Of a stretch of DNA of 64,000 bases, positions 38,884 through 49,105 are shown piece by piece. Position numbers and translations under genes: made by a program. The DNA comes from Syntrophales bacterium (GTDB lineage: Bacteria; Desulfobacterota; Syntrophia; Syntrophales; UBA4778). The DNA is taken from assembly GCA_963665615.2 (NCBI GenBank), contig CAXXQE010000001.1:451151-515150 (forward strand). The letters are read 5' to 3'. Numbering within the stretch: position 1 is the first letter of the stretch; each line of letters opens with the position of its first letter. The notes beneath the pieces are model-generated. The model ran no database searches. It saw nothing but the letters and a program-made list of their open reading frames with translations, and was not told where the DNA came from.

Positions 38884-40356
38884 TTAAAAGAATACAAAGG
38901 CGACAATCGCAAAAAGCGGAAGCAGGATCGGGACGGCATATTTCAAGATGTAGCCGAAGAAGCTCGGCATGTTGACCCCGGCCTCTTCTGCAATCGATTT
39001 CACCATGAAGTTCGGCGCATTGCCCAAATAGCTGAAGGCGCCCATGAAGACTGCTCCGATCGAAATCGCCTTTAGGAGCCCGGAGAACCCGGCCTGAGCC
39101 TGAGCTGCACCGCCGCAAAGTGTAGCAGAAATCTGTCCATTGCTGAGGCCGGTCTTGGCCAGTGCCATGTTGAAAAAGGCGAGATACGTCGGCGCATTGT
39201 CCAGGAAGGCGGAGAGCATTCCTGTTGCCCAGAAATAGGTGTTGGGAGATTGAACTGCATTGACGATGTTTCCGAGCGCTCCCGCGCCGCCCGCCTTCAA
39301 GATCGCTATCACGGGAATCATGGTGATAAAGATGCCGGCAAAGAGTTTCGCGACTTCCATGATGGGTGTCCAACTGAAGGCGTTCTCCTCCCTGAGCGTT
39401 TTGGAGGTCGTCTTGAGCGATACCAGCGCCAGCACGACGATGCCGGCATCTCTTAAGAGGTTTTGGAAGGTGACCGGGATGCCCAAAATGTCGATCTCAC
39501 CCAGCCGCAGGAATCCGCTCATCAGGATGATGACGATGATTCCAGTCAGGATGATGCCGTTGTGCATGCCTTTTATGTGGAGCGGTGTCTTCTCCCCCTG
39601 TGTATCCGCAGCGGGCGCCGCTTCCTGGCGGAAGAAATACATGTCGATGACATAGAACAAGGTCAAAAGAACACCGGTTGTCAGCAGGAAGTGCGGAAAG
39701 AGATTCCGCGTAACCCAGAAAAAGGGGATGTGGTGGAGATAGCCCAAAAACAGGGGAGGGTCTCCCAACGGTGTCAGCGTTCCGCCGATATTCGCAACCA
39801 GAAAAATGAAAAAACAGATGATGTGTGCTTTGCGAATGCGGTTCTGATTGGCTCGCAAGACGGGACGGATCATAACCATTGAAGCCCCTGTCGTTCCGAT
39901 CAACGACGCCAGCAGGGAGCCGATTAACAATAAACCGGTATTGAGCATGGGCGTTCCGCTTAATGTGCCCCTGATGACGATGCCGGCGGAAATGACAAAG
40001 AGGCCTCCTAAAAGGATAATAAAAGGAGTGTAGTCGATCAGGAGAATATGGAGAATCTCCCCGACGGCGGCGCCTTGATACAACGCCAGAAAGGGGATGG
40101 CAAAAGTCAGCGCCCAGAAAGCCGATATTTTTCCGAAATGTCGGTGCCAGACGTGTGGATACATCAGGGGGAAAAACGCAATCGACAACAATATACCGAC
40201 GAAAGGCAGCATACTCCATATCGGCAAACATTCCCCAAAGGCCGGGCTGGTGGTCATGGCCGCGCTGGCCGTCGTTCTGTCGAGCGACCATAGAAAACCC
40301 GATGCGAAAAGTATGAAGCTGAATTTCAATACAGTATGCTGTCTTTCCGTTTTCAT
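38884..40356 (-). CDS. IT-superfamily transporter (putative Na+/H+ antiporter or citrate-transporter-like)
   Basis: GTTGASM, ANIGGTLTPLGDPPLFLG, SAFLDNAPTY, YLGNAPNFMVK; many TM helices. Confidence 0.85.
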   Translation of the reverse strand: MKTERQHTVLKFSFILFASGFLWSLDRTTASAAMTTSPAFGECLPIWSMLPFVGILLSIAFFPLMYPHVWHRHFGKISAFWALTFAIPFLALYQGAAVGEILHILLIDYTPFIILLGGLFVISAGIVIRGTLSGTPMLNTGLLLIGSLLASLIGTTGASMVMIRPVLRANQNRIRKAHIICFFIFLVANIGGTLTPLGDPPLFLGYLHHIPFFWVTRNLFPHFLLTTGVLLTLFYVIDMYFFRQEAAPAADTQGEKTPLHIKGMHNGIILTGIIVIILMSGFLRLGEIDILGIPVTFQNLLRDAGIVVLALVSLKTTSKTLREENAFSWTPIMEVAKLFAGIFITMIPVIAILKAGGAGALGNIVNAVQSPNTYFWATGMLSAFLDNAPTYLAFFNMALAKTGLSNGQISATLCGGAAQAQAGFSGLLKAISIGAVFMGAFSYLGNAPNFMVKSIAEEAGVNMPSFFGYILKYAVPILLPLFAIVAFVFF

Positions 40357-40368
40357 CCCCTTCAATCT

Positions 40369-40908
40369 TTATTCCAGGATCGACGTGTCGTCTCCCGTCC
40401 TTTTTCTCCTTTCACCGATTGCGAAAGCATAGGTTGTGACGAGTCCGACCGCACAACCGAAAATGACGCACAGCATTCGTTCCACAGCGGCAATTTCAGT
40501 ATTGAGTTTTTCCTGCGGCATGAGCACGATAATCAGGGCGGCAAGAGCCGAGCGCGTCGGCGCAGCCAGCTTCAGAAAATAACAGACGAGGATCGTCGCG
40601 ACAATCGCGCAGGCCAGAACGATCGCATTGGACGGATGGATCAGGAAGGCGAACAGGCCGACCGACGCTCCGATGATATTGGCTTTGATTCTGGCAAAAG
40701 CGAGATTCACTGAGTCGTTGTGATCGGGCGACAGGACGAGCAGAACCGAGATAATGCTCCAATTCAACTGATGCTGCGGGAAGAGTCTATAGACGAAATA
40801 GCAGAACAGGCCGCCGATCACGCACTTGATGATATACGTGACGAAGTCGCGACTCCTTAGAAGTACAAGGAAATCTGAGAAATAAGTTTTTACGGTCTCT
40901 TGCACCAT
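40369..40908 (-). CDS. FUSC/aromatic acid exporter-like membrane protein
   Basis: WSIISVLLV, RIKANIIGA, ERMLCVIFG. Confidence 0.75.
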   Translation of the reverse strand: MVQETVKTYFSDFLVLLRSRDFVTYIIKCVIGGLFCYFVYRLFPQHQLNWSIISVLLVLSPDHNDSVNLAFARIKANIIGASVGLFAFLIHPSNAIVLACAIVATILVCYFLKLAAPTRSALAALIIVLMPQEKLNTEIAAVERMLCVIFGCAVGLVTTYAFAIGERRKRTGDDTSILE

Positions 40909-40951
40909 TTCCGCCTGAAATTAAATTCTTTCGTGCTGATGATGAAGTCCC

Positions 40952-41980
40952 TTAAACCTTTTCCGCCAGATCGAGAATCAGCCGCTCCGTATCGGCCCAG
41001 CCGAGGCAGGGGTCGGTGATGGATTTCCCGTAGACATGCCCCTTGGGCGACTGAGCGCCTTCTTCGATGAAACTCTCGATCATGAGTCCCCGGATCATGT
41101 CGCGCAATACCGGTGAGTACTGCCGGCTCTGCATGATCTCCAGCGCAATGCGGGGTTGCTGGGCAAACTGCTTGTTGGAGTTAGCGTGGTTGGTGTCCAC
41201 GATGATCGACGGATTGGCGAGACCGCGCTGCTGGTAGGCCTCCGTGAAGGTCATCAGATCCTCGTAATGGTAATTGGGCGCCGTGAGGCCGAGGTGGTTG
41301 ACGGCCCCGCGCAAAACGGCGTGTGTCAAGGGATTACCCTGGGTCTTCACCTCCCAGAGGTTGTAGATGAACGTGTGCGGCGTCTGAGAGGCCTGGATGG
41401 AATTGAGGGTGACCTGCATGTCTCCGGAGGTCGGGTTCTTCATTCCCACGGGCACATCGAGACCGCTGCATGTCAACCGGTGTTCCTGGTTTTCAACGGA
41501 GCGGGCGCCGACGGCGACGTAGCTCAACAGGTCCTCCAGATAGGGATAATTGCCGGGATAGAGCATTTCGTCCGCTGCGGACATAAAGGATTCGCGCAGT
41601 GCGCGGATGTGCATCTGGCGGATGGCCTTGATGCCGCGCACGATATTCGGTTCCTCGCGGTGGTTCGGCTGGTGGGCCATGCCCTTGTAGCCGACGCCGG
41701 TTGTTCTCGGTTTGTTCGTATAGATCCGGGGGATGATGAGAATCTTTTCTTCGACCTTGTATTGTACAACCGCCAGACGGCCGATATAGTCGCAGACCGC
41801 GTCTTCGTCGTGTGCGGAGCAGGGGCCGATGATGAGGAGAAATTTATCGCTTTCCCTCGTGAAGACGGACCGGATCTCGCGATCCCGTTCGACCTTGATC
41901 TCTCTTACGTTTTCCTCAAGGGGAATAGCCCCCCGGATTTCGCGCGGGGTTGGGATTTCCCGGATATACCTGAAAGTCAT
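40952..41980 (-). CDS. aroG: DAHP synthase, class I-alpha (aroF/G/H paralog type not resolvable)
   Basis: GPCSAH, KPRT, VGARSVENQEHR, GMKNPTSG, DTNHANS, SITDPCLGW. Confidence 0.92.
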   Translation of the reverse strand: MTFRYIREIPTPREIRGAIPLEENVREIKVERDREIRSVFTRESDKFLLIIGPCSAHDEDAVCDYIGRLAVVQYKVEEKILIIPRIYTNKPRTTGVGYKGMAHQPNHREEPNIVRGIKAIRQMHIRALRESFMSAADEMLYPGNYPYLEDLLSYVAVGARSVENQEHRLTCSGLDVPVGMKNPTSGDMQVTLNSIQASQTPHTFIYNLWEVKTQGNPLTHAVLRGAVNHLGLTAPNYHYEDLMTFTEAYQQRGLANPSIIVDTNHANSNKQFAQQPRIALEIMQSRQYSPVLRDMIRGLMIESFIEEGAQSPKGHVYGKSITDPCLGWADTERLILDLAEKV

Positions 41981-42151
41981 GGCCTGTCCTCCCTGTGTTT
42001 CAATCTACTAACCGTACAACTCGAAACGTTGAACTCGGAACTCGCAATGACCCATGGAGCGAATCAGGCAAGCCCAAGAGGCCTAAGGGAGAAGAAACAG
42101 TTTTGCCCGCGTCGCTTCGCTCTAATCTAAATAATCACCGGAGCACTAAAA

Positions 42152-42185
42152 CAAACTACCCCGCAGCGAGCTGCGGGGTAGTTTG
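42152..42185. repeat. REP-like hairpin matching the first family B stem; may act as the csp terminator
   Basis: caaactaccccgcagc-ga-gctgcggggtagtttg, 16-bp arms. Confidence 0.7.
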
Positions 42186-42237
42186 AAAGTATCGGTGAAG
42201 AGCCGTCATGCCGCCGGTCAAGGCCGGCTGGACATGA

Positions 42238-42438
42238 TTACAGCTTGCGAACGTTTTGTGCTGCCGGGCCTTTGGCGCCCTGGACGATATCGAAGCTGAC
42301 GCGATCTCCCTCGTCCAGAGATTTGAAGCCTTCCCCCAAGATCGCGGAGTGATGCACGAACACATCCTTGCCACCGTCCTGCTCGATGAAACCAAAACCT
42401 TTCGAGTTGTTAAACCATTTTACTTTACCTTCGGACAT
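42238..42438 (-). CDS. cspA: Cold-shock protein (CspA family)
   Basis: [33 protein letters not shown]. Confidence 0.95.
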   Translation of the reverse strand: MSEGKVKWFNNSKGFGFIEQDGGKDVFVHHSAILGEGFKSLDEGDRVSFDIVQGAKGPAAQNVRKL

Positions 42439-42534
42439 CCTAATCCTCCTTTTTCTTTTGGTTCGCTCGTCGCCATCCACCCTGGCGCAGGCAGTATGAA
42501 GAATTCTTTTGGATAAAGCAAGCGGAATTCCTCT

Positions 42535-43479
42535 TTATTTGAGGATGAGTTCAGGTGTTTTGACAAAAACCTTGGTTTCCGGCGGAACGGATTCTGTCAG
42601 CCAGACGTTACCGCCAATGACGGATCTCGCCCCGATCACGGTGTCACCCCCGAGAATTGTTGCGCCGGAGTAGATAATGACGTCGTCTTCAATGGTCGGA
42701 TGACGCTTTTTAGAGCGAAGACCGGGTACCGCATCTTTAGGCAGGGACAAGGCGCCTAGAGTGACACCCTGGTAAATCCTCACGCCGTTGCCGATATGGG
42801 CCGTTTCCCCGATCACGACGCCGACGCCGTGGTCGATGAAAAAGCTCTCGCCGATATGGGCGCCCGGATGGATGTCGATGCCCGTCAGGTTATGCGCATA
42901 CTCGCTCATAATCCGAGGCATCAGTGAGATCTTCTGATGGTAGAGCTGATGGGCCACGCGATGGACCGTGATGGCCATGAGTCCCGGATAGCAGAAAATG
43001 ATCTCGTCATAGCTCGACGCGGCCGGGTCGCCTTCGGAGGCGGCAATCACGTCCTTGGCGAGCAGGCGCCGGATTTCCGGCAAGACACGCAGGAATGTCA
43101 TGGCTTCTTCGCGGCCGCGCTCGCTGCAGTGCGTGCAGGGCAGGTCATGCCGCAGACAGTCGTGCCGCAGGCACAGGGCCAGTTGATGCGACAGGTCTTC
43201 GAAGAGGGTGACCGACTCCTGCCCCAGATAGTATTCGAGGTTGACCCGGTCGAGCGGCATCGAGATGAAGTAGCCGGGAAACAGGATCCGCTGCAACTGA
43301 TGAATGATATCGATAATCGCCTTCCGTGAGGGAATCGGCTCCGGACCGACGTGATCGAAGCAGCCGTTGCTGTCGCAGGTATTGACCAGGCTCTTAACGA
43401 TCTCCGGAATGTCCTCTCGGAGATCGCGGGATGTCTTGATCTCGAACTGGCATTTATTCTTCTCTGCATTGTCTTCCAT
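42535..43479 (-). CDS. cysE: Serine O-acetyltransferase
   Basis: GDPAA, TGIDIHPGA, FIDHG, GVTLG, KRHPTI; start ATG 43479. Confidence 0.9.
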   Translation of the reverse strand: MEDNAEKNKCQFEIKTSRDLREDIPEIVKSLVNTCDSNGCFDHVGPEPIPSRKAIIDIIHQLQRILFPGYFISMPLDRVNLEYYLGQESVTLFEDLSHQLALCLRHDCLRHDLPCTHCSERGREEAMTFLRVLPEIRRLLAKDVIAASEGDPAASSYDEIIFCYPGLMAITVHRVAHQLYHQKISLMPRIMSEYAHNLTGIDIHPGAHIGESFFIDHGVGVVIGETAHIGNGVRIYQGVTLGALSLPKDAVPGLRSKKRHPTIEDDVIIYSGATILGGDTVIGARSVIGGNVWLTESVPPETKVFVKTPELILK

Positions 43480-43480
43480 A

Positions 43481-44656
43481 TCAGACTCCATTACTTGAGA
43501 GTTGCGACTCAACCAGGCTGATCCAATACGCGGCGCCGATCGGGAGCAGTTCGTCGTTGAAATCGTAGCCGGACTGGTGCAAATAACCGTTCGGCCTGGG
43601 TGCACCCGCTCCCAGATGAATATACGCCCCCGGCTTCTTTTGCAACAAAAACGCGAAGTCTTCCGATCCCATCGAGGGCTTCATATCGACCACCACGTTC
43701 CTGCGGCCGACGAGACGCGCGGCGGCCTCTACGGCCAGCGCCGTTTCCGGCACGCTGTTGACGACCGGCGGATAGCGTCGGCAGTAACGCACCTCGGCGG
43801 TCAGGCCCATGGCCGCTGCCGCGCCTGCAGCGATCTCACGGATCCGCGCCTCAATCATGTCCTGTACCGCCGGATTGAAATACCGGACGGTGCCGCGCAG
43901 GACGACCTCCTCGGGAATAATGTTGTACGTAGTTCCGGCGTGCACCTGGGTGACGCCGACCACGGCAGACTCGAAGGGATCCGTATTGCGGCTCACAATG
44001 GTCTGGAGCATCATAACGATCTGTGCTGCGCAGGGCAGGGGATCGTGCAGTAGATTGGGCATGGCGGCATGTCCGCCCGAGCCTTTTACGATAATGTCGA
44101 AACTGTCGGAGCCTGCCATCATAGGGCCGGGGCGGATGGCGAAGGCGCCGAAGGGCAGATGCGGAAAGTTGTGCAGGCCGTAAATCGCCGCCATTGGGAA
44201 CCGGTCGAAGAGGCCGTCGTGAACCATGGCGTCCGCGCCGCCCTCGTTTTCCTCAGCGGGCTGAAAGATGAAATAGACGGTGCCGTTGAAACGGCCCGCT
44301 TCGGCGAGGTATTTGGCTGCGCCCATCAGCATCGCCATATGGCCGTCGTGACCGCAGGCGTGCATCTTGCCCGGGATCTGCGACCGGTGCGCAAAGTCGT
44401 TTGATTCGGCCACATCCAGGGCGTCGATATCGGCGCGAAGCCCGATAGATTGCCCCGGGGGACCTTTTTTGAGAGTGGCGACAACACCAGTCCGGCCGAT
44501 GCCGCTTTGAACCTCCAGACCGAAAGACGTGAGTCGGGCCGCAGCGTATTCGGCTGTTCGCACTTCCTGAAAGGCCGTTTCCGGACAGGCGTGCAGGTCT
44601 TGACGCCACCGGAGCATCTCTGGAACGAGAGCCTTTACTTTTTCGATGAGATTCAT
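43481..44656 (-). CDS. M20D amidohydrolase (hippurate hydrolase family)
   Basis: LRADIDAL, MHACGHDGH, FQPAEE, GGHAA, SEDF. Confidence 0.93.
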   Translation of the reverse strand: MNLIEKVKALVPEMLRWRQDLHACPETAFQEVRTAEYAAARLTSFGLEVQSGIGRTGVVATLKKGPPGQSIGLRADIDALDVAESNDFAHRSQIPGKMHACGHDGHMAMLMGAAKYLAEAGRFNGTVYFIFQPAEENEGGADAMVHDGLFDRFPMAAIYGLHNFPHLPFGAFAIRPGPMMAGSDSFDIIVKGSGGHAAMPNLLHDPLPCAAQIVMMLQTIVSRNTDPFESAVVGVTQVHAGTTYNIIPEEVVLRGTVRYFNPAVQDMIEARIREIAAGAAAAMGLTAEVRYCRRYPPVVNSVPETALAVEAAARLVGRRNVVVDMKPSMGSEDFAFLLQKKPGAYIHLGAGAPRPNGYLHQSGYDFNDELLPIGAAYWISLVESQLSSNGV

Positions 44657-45021
44657 ACGCCTTCTCTGAAGTGGACTTATTGCTCGGGCGATTAGACAGG
44701 TCTGAGCCGCTATGCGGGTCGTTTCGAGTTGTGAGGGAGTCTTGTTTTATATTCTGTTTTGGTTCCCTCATGTCTTCATCTGGAAACGGACCGTGCCCTT
44801 TCGCCCTATCGGAATAAAAAATGATCCCGTCAGTATTTGTTGCGAAGACTGGATATATCTAATCGCCGGAACAATAAAACTGCTAACGCTTATAGCATGT
44901 TGCGCCAAGCCTTGCCAGGGTCATTTCAGAAGGCACGGCGGCCCGAGCGGCTCGGGCCTTGCCAGAACTAGCTGAATAATGATATGAGTGCCGTCTGCCA
45001 TGAAAGGACTGTATTGACAAA

Positions 45022-46617
45022 ATGAGTTTGAACCACGAGATTTCTCGACGCCGGACCCTGGCGATCGTTTCCCATCCCGACGCAGGCAAGACGACCCTGA
45101 CGGAAAAATTGCTGCTTTACGGCGGCGCGCTACATCTGGCTGGCTCGGTGACGGCCCGGAAGAATCAGCGGGCGACGACCTCCGACTGGATGGAACTGGA
45201 GCGCAAACGCGGCATCTCCATCAGCTCGACCGTGCTGAGCTTCGAGTACAACGGCTATCTTATCAATTTGCTCGACACCCCCGGTCACAAGGACTTCTCG
45301 GAGGACACCTACCGGGTGCTCACTGCCGTGGATGCGGCGATCATGGTCATCGATGCGGCCAAGGGTATCGAGAGCCAGACCCGCAAGCTCTTTGAAGTCT
45401 GCCGTATGCGCGGCATTCCGATCATCACCTTCATGAACAAGATGGACCGCCCCACGCGGGAGCCCCTGGACCTGCTCGACGAACTGGAGAGCGTGCTCGG
45501 CATTGGTGCCTGTCCCGTCAACTGGCCGCTCGGCACCGGAGATCAGTTCAAAGGGGTTCTGGACCGGCAGACGGGACTGGCCCATTTCTATGAACGCACA
45601 CCCGGCGGGGCTTATGCGGCGCCGGTTTCCACGGCGGGCCTGTCCGATCCCGCCGTGCGGACGCGTATGAACGACACGACCTATGCGACGGTCTGCGAGG
45701 AGATGGAGATGTTGGACGGCGCGGGCGTGGCCTTCGATGCTGCCCAGATCCTGGCGGGCCGTATGACACCTGTCTATTTCGGCAGTGCTTTGAACAACTT
45801 TGGCGTCCAGCTCCTGCTCGATGGATTCATTGAACAGTCTGCACCTCCGATGCCCCGGATAAGCAAAGGCGCCGTCGTCCAACCGGAACGCGAGGCCTTC
45901 TCTGCCTTTGTCTTCAAGATCCAGGCGAACATGGACCCGCACCATCGTGACCGCATCGTCTTTATCCGAATCGTTTCCGGCCGCTTTACCCGCGACATGA
46001 ACGTGACGCACGTGCCCACGGGCAAGAAGTTCCGGCTCTCCAATTCCAACAAGATGTTCGGACGCGACCGCGAGACGATCGACGAAGCCTATCCGGGGGA
46101 CGTGGTCGGGATCGCCGGCGCGAAGTTCCTGGCGATCGGCGATACGCTAACCGAAGACCCCGATATTCTTTACGACGAGATCCCCCGCTTTCCGCCGGAG
46201 TGCTTCGCCTTCCTGCACAATGAGAGTGCAGCCAACTACAAGAAGTTTCGGGAAGGACTCGATCAACTACTCGCCGAAGGGGTCGTGCGGTCGTTCGATA
46301 TCGCCGGCGCCCTCCAGAAGATTCCGCTTCTCGCCGCCGTCGGGCCGCTTCAGTTCGAGATCGTCAGGTACAGGCTGGAAACGGAGTACGGCGCGCCGTC
46401 GCGCCTGGAGGACACCTCGTGGAGCGCGGCGCGTTGGGTCAAAGCCGCGCCGACGCCGGTTGAAAAACTCCGATTGCCGAGCGATGTCCGCATTGCCAAA
46501 GACGGCGCCGGTCAGCCGGTGCTGCTCTTCACCAGCGAGTGGTACGTGAATTACTTCCTGGAACTCAACAAGGACGTTGAATTGAGCGCGTATCCGGCCG
46601 CGCCTGCAGGGGCGTAG
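45022..46617 (+). CDS. prfC: Peptide chain release factor 3
   Basis: SHPDAGKTTLTEKLL, SDWMELE, DTPGHKDFSEDTYR, AVGPLQFE. Confidence 0.96.
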   Translation: MSLNHEISRRRTLAIVSHPDAGKTTLTEKLLLYGGALHLAGSVTARKNQRATTSDWMELERKRGISISSTVLSFEYNGYLINLLDTPGHKDFSEDTYRVLTAVDAAIMVIDAAKGIESQTRKLFEVCRMRGIPIITFMNKMDRPTREPLDLLDELESVLGIGACPVNWPLGTGDQFKGVLDRQTGLAHFYERTPGGAYAAPVSTAGLSDPAVRTRMNDTTYATVCEEMEMLDGAGVAFDAAQILAGRMTPVYFGSALNNFGVQLLLDGFIEQSAPPMPRISKGAVVQPEREAFSAFVFKIQANMDPHHRDRIVFIRIVSGRFTRDMNVTHVPTGKKFRLSNSNKMFGRDRETIDEAYPGDVVGIAGAKFLAIGDTLTEDPDILYDEIPRFPPECFAFLHNESAANYKKFREGLDQLLAEGVVRSFDIAGALQKIPLLAAVGPLQFEIVRYRLETEYGAPSRLEDTSWSAARWVKAAPTPVEKLRLPSDVRIAKDGAGQPVLLFTSEWYVNYFLELNKDVELSAYPAAPAGA

Positions 46618-46711
46618 TTCGGTGTCCAGCGAGTTGAAAAAGAGAGAACGTGACGAATGACGGTTAACGAGTAACAGATTGAGCGTGCCAGAGCTTTTGC
46701 TGCCATCGCAT

Positions 46712-46749
46712 CGCAGGCGGGGATTCAGATATCTGAATCCCCGCCTGCG
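46712..46749. terminator. Perfect 38-bp palindrome between convergent genes
   Basis: cgcaggcggggattcagat|atctgaatccccgcctgcg. Confidence 0.6.
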
Positions 46750-46771
46750 GTTAGAGCAAAGTCAGCAAGGA

Positions 46772-47950
46772 TCAGAGTGCCGCTTTCGCGCCCGCCTTGA
46801 TCGCCGTAATGATCTTGTCGACCGAGGCGTCATCCATGATGATGTTGAGTCCGAACATGACGGCACGGCTCAGGATGGCATCGCTTTTGGCCATGGTGCT
46901 TGGGGCATAGGACGGCGTCCTGGCACCGAAGAAGTCTTTCTCTCCCATGTCTTCCAGTGCACGCCAGTGTTTCGCATAGTGCCAGGTGTTGTCGGCGATG
47001 ATTCCGCAGGCGCTCCCGGCTTCCTTGGTGGCGGCCTGGAACTTCTTCGCGGCTTCGGCCGTGGGCATCAGGAAGATCACATGCGTGGCCGTATCTCCGT
47101 CCGCATCGTGCATCGGGCGAACCTTTATGCCTGTTGATGCGACGGCATCGAGGATCTTCTTTTTGGTTGCGCGGAGCTTCGAGAGAGCCATCGGCATCTT
47201 GTCCAGCGCAACCAGGCCCAGCGCGCCCTGAATTTCGCTTAACCGGTAATTGACGCCGAGCCCGGATTTGGCATCCGCGCCGCGGTCGTGCGCCTTGCTG
47301 TGCACGTGGCCGTGATCGTGATAGTATTCCATTTTCGCGCAAACCGCTTCATCGTCCGTCAGGATCATGCCGCCCTCGCCGACCGTCACGGTTTTGTTGG
47401 GATCGAAGCTCCAGGCGCCGCACTTGCCGATGGCGCCGAGGTAGCGTCCCTTGTAAGTGCCACCGACTACCTCGCAGGCATCTTCGATGATGGGGATGTT
47501 GTGCTTCTTGCCGAGGGCCATGAACGCGTCCATATCCGCGGCCCCGCCAAACATGTGAACCGGCATGATGGCCTTGGTTCTCGGGGTGATGAGTTTTTCG
47601 ACCGAGGCCGGATTCAGGCCTAGGGTCTCGTCGATATCGCCGAGGATGGGAACGGCGTTGCAGGCAACGATGGCTTCTACGGTTGCAATGAAGGAGAAGG
47701 GGGTTGTGATGACTTCATCGCCCGCCTGGATGCCGATGCCCTTGAGTGCAACGATGAGCGCCGCCGTGCCACTTGAGAGGCCGAGGGCGAATTTGGCGCC
47801 GGTGACGGCCTTGGCCTTGTCCTCGAACTCGTCAACGCGATACTGTCCTTTTCTGAAATCATGCGAACCGTACCGGTGGATCATTTTTCTTTCAATGACA
47901 TCCGCCATTGCTTTTATTTCAGTATTGTCAAAAATTTCGCCGCCTGCCAT
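46772..47950 (-). CDS. DegT/DnrJ/EryC1/StrS PLP aminotransferase, KdnA-like
   Basis: SSGTAAL, EDACE, SFDPNK (PLP Lys), GEGG, DHGH...DRGA, WHY..W. Confidence 0.9.
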   Translation of the reverse strand: MAGGEIFDNTEIKAMADVIERKMIHRYGSHDFRKGQYRVDEFEDKAKAVTGAKFALGLSSGTAALIVALKGIGIQAGDEVITTPFSFIATVEAIVACNAVPILGDIDETLGLNPASVEKLITPRTKAIMPVHMFGGAADMDAFMALGKKHNIPIIEDACEVVGGTYKGRYLGAIGKCGAWSFDPNKTVTVGEGGMILTDDEAVCAKMEYYHDHGHVHSKAHDRGADAKSGLGVNYRLSEIQGALGLVALDKMPMALSKLRATKKKILDAVASTGIKVRPMHDADGDTATHVIFLMPTAEAAKKFQAATKEAGSACGIIADNTWHYAKHWRALEDMGEKDFFGARTPSYAPSTMAKSDAILSRAVMFGLNIIMDDASVDKIITAIKAGAKAAL

Positions 47951-48098
47951 CTCTGTGTCTCCTTTGGTTGATTGTATTGAGGTTCTCAGCGCCCTCCTCC
48001 GATAGGAGGGATGAATGATATCACGAATTCCATCTGGATGGTTACCATGTCCTGTAAATTATTCATACCCAAAAATCTCCGCCGGGTTCGATAACAAT

Positions 48099-48133
48099 AA
48101 AAAACCCACGCGGGGGTAACACGTGGGTTTTTT
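48099..48133. terminator. Intrinsic terminator
   Basis: AAAAAACCCACG...CGTGGGTTTTTT. Confidence 0.75.
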
Positions 48134-48166
48134 CGGGAAATGAGCGTATTTTTTACATGCGCTTTC

Positions 48167-48403
48167 TCAGCATTTCTTTGCCTGCTTCATGGCGTTCCAT
48201 GCATCCTGATAGAGTCTTCCGATGCTCATGAAAAGCGCCAGAACGAAGAGACCGAAAGTAAATGAAGGGGCGGTATGGAGTAAATCATCTATCTTGTACC
48301 CGAGGTAGAGAAAGAGAAAGGAGGCGAACACGATAGCGAAACCCCACGAACTCAGTTTCAGGATGTTGGCATATTGCGTGGTTTCTTTTCTCGTCAGTTT
48401 CAT
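48167..48403 (-). CDS. AtpZ/AtpI-family small membrane protein
   Basis: Two TM helices with LGYKIDDLLHTAP (G..lD..f.t.P) motif; AAGGAG RBS. Confidence 0.75.
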   Translation of the reverse strand: MKLTRKETTQYANILKLSSWGFAIVFASFLFLYLGYKIDDLLHTAPSFTFGLFVLALFMSIGRLYQDAWNAMKQAKKC

Positions 48404-48459
48404 GACCCGTCTCTCCTTTCTTCAGTATCGTTCGAACCGGGTATTTTCTTCTAATCCGT

Positions 48460-48735
48460 TTAGCCGACCAGGCCTTTGATCATATTGACAACCGGAGCCG
48501 TGAACAGCGAGATCATGACGGTGTAGAGTGCGAAGGCGCCCATGGTCTCGGTCATGTACATTTTTTCAAATTTCGTTTTGAGAGAAATGATGATGAGTCC
48601 ACCAACGATCACGGCGCCCAGTTGAAAATAAGGGAAATCGCCGTTTCCGTTTGCCGTATATTCGGCAAAACCGAAGGTGGCCGTTAACAGTGTTACAAAC
48701 CCTGCCAGTCCGATGGTTGCGAGTGTCTTTTTCAT
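48460..48735 (-). CDS. Hypothetical membrane protein with signal peptide
   Basis: 91 aa; signal-like N-terminus plus two TM segments. Confidence 0.7.
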   Translation of the reverse strand: MKKTLATIGLAGFVTLLTATFGFAEYTANGNGDFPYFQLGAVIVGGLIIISLKTKFEKMYMTETMGAFALYTVMISLFTAPVVNMIKGLVG

Positions 48736-48779
48736 GATTCCTTACCCCCTTGGTTTTTGTGATGTTTGACTTTACCTAT

Positions 48780-48796
48780 TGGAATTTCCGTGCCAG
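48780..48796 (-). promoter_or_regulatory. Putative sigma54 promoter
   Basis: CTGGCACGGAAATTCCA versus consensus TGGCAC-N5-TTGCW; about 45 nt before ATG 48735. Confidence 0.55.
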
Positions 48797-48986
48797 ATGG
48801 TGTGTCTTGCCGCTTATTTTTATAACCATTCAATTCTAAAAGAGAAATATCAATTAAGCGCTCCCCGGCCGGATCGCAAGTTTCACGTGATTTCACTTTT
48901 TTTATAAATGAAACGTTAAAGACGTGAACGAAGTATTAAAGCCTGGGATAGGGAAGCGCAGGGAAGGAGACAGGTTGTTTGCGTTC

Positions 48987-49105
48987 ATTGAAGACTCACC
49001 GGCGCAAGCTCCGGCGAATCTCCGATTTCCAAGGAAGATGTTTAGTCCTGATTCGCTCGCTTCCCCCGCGGCAAGCCACGGGGAATACGCTCGCTGAAGA
49101 ATTCA
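48987..49105 (-). repeat. Family B repeat, best-preserved copy
   Basis: Reverse complement: tgaattcttcagcgagcgtattccccgtggcttgccgcggggaagcgagcgaatcaggac...atcggagattcgccggagcttgcgccggtgagtcttcaat. Confidence 0.85.

Noticed and set aside
40369..40952. Na+-sensing riboswitch ahead of the antiporter operon
   Set aside because: The upstream spacer is only about 43 nt and has no matching structure
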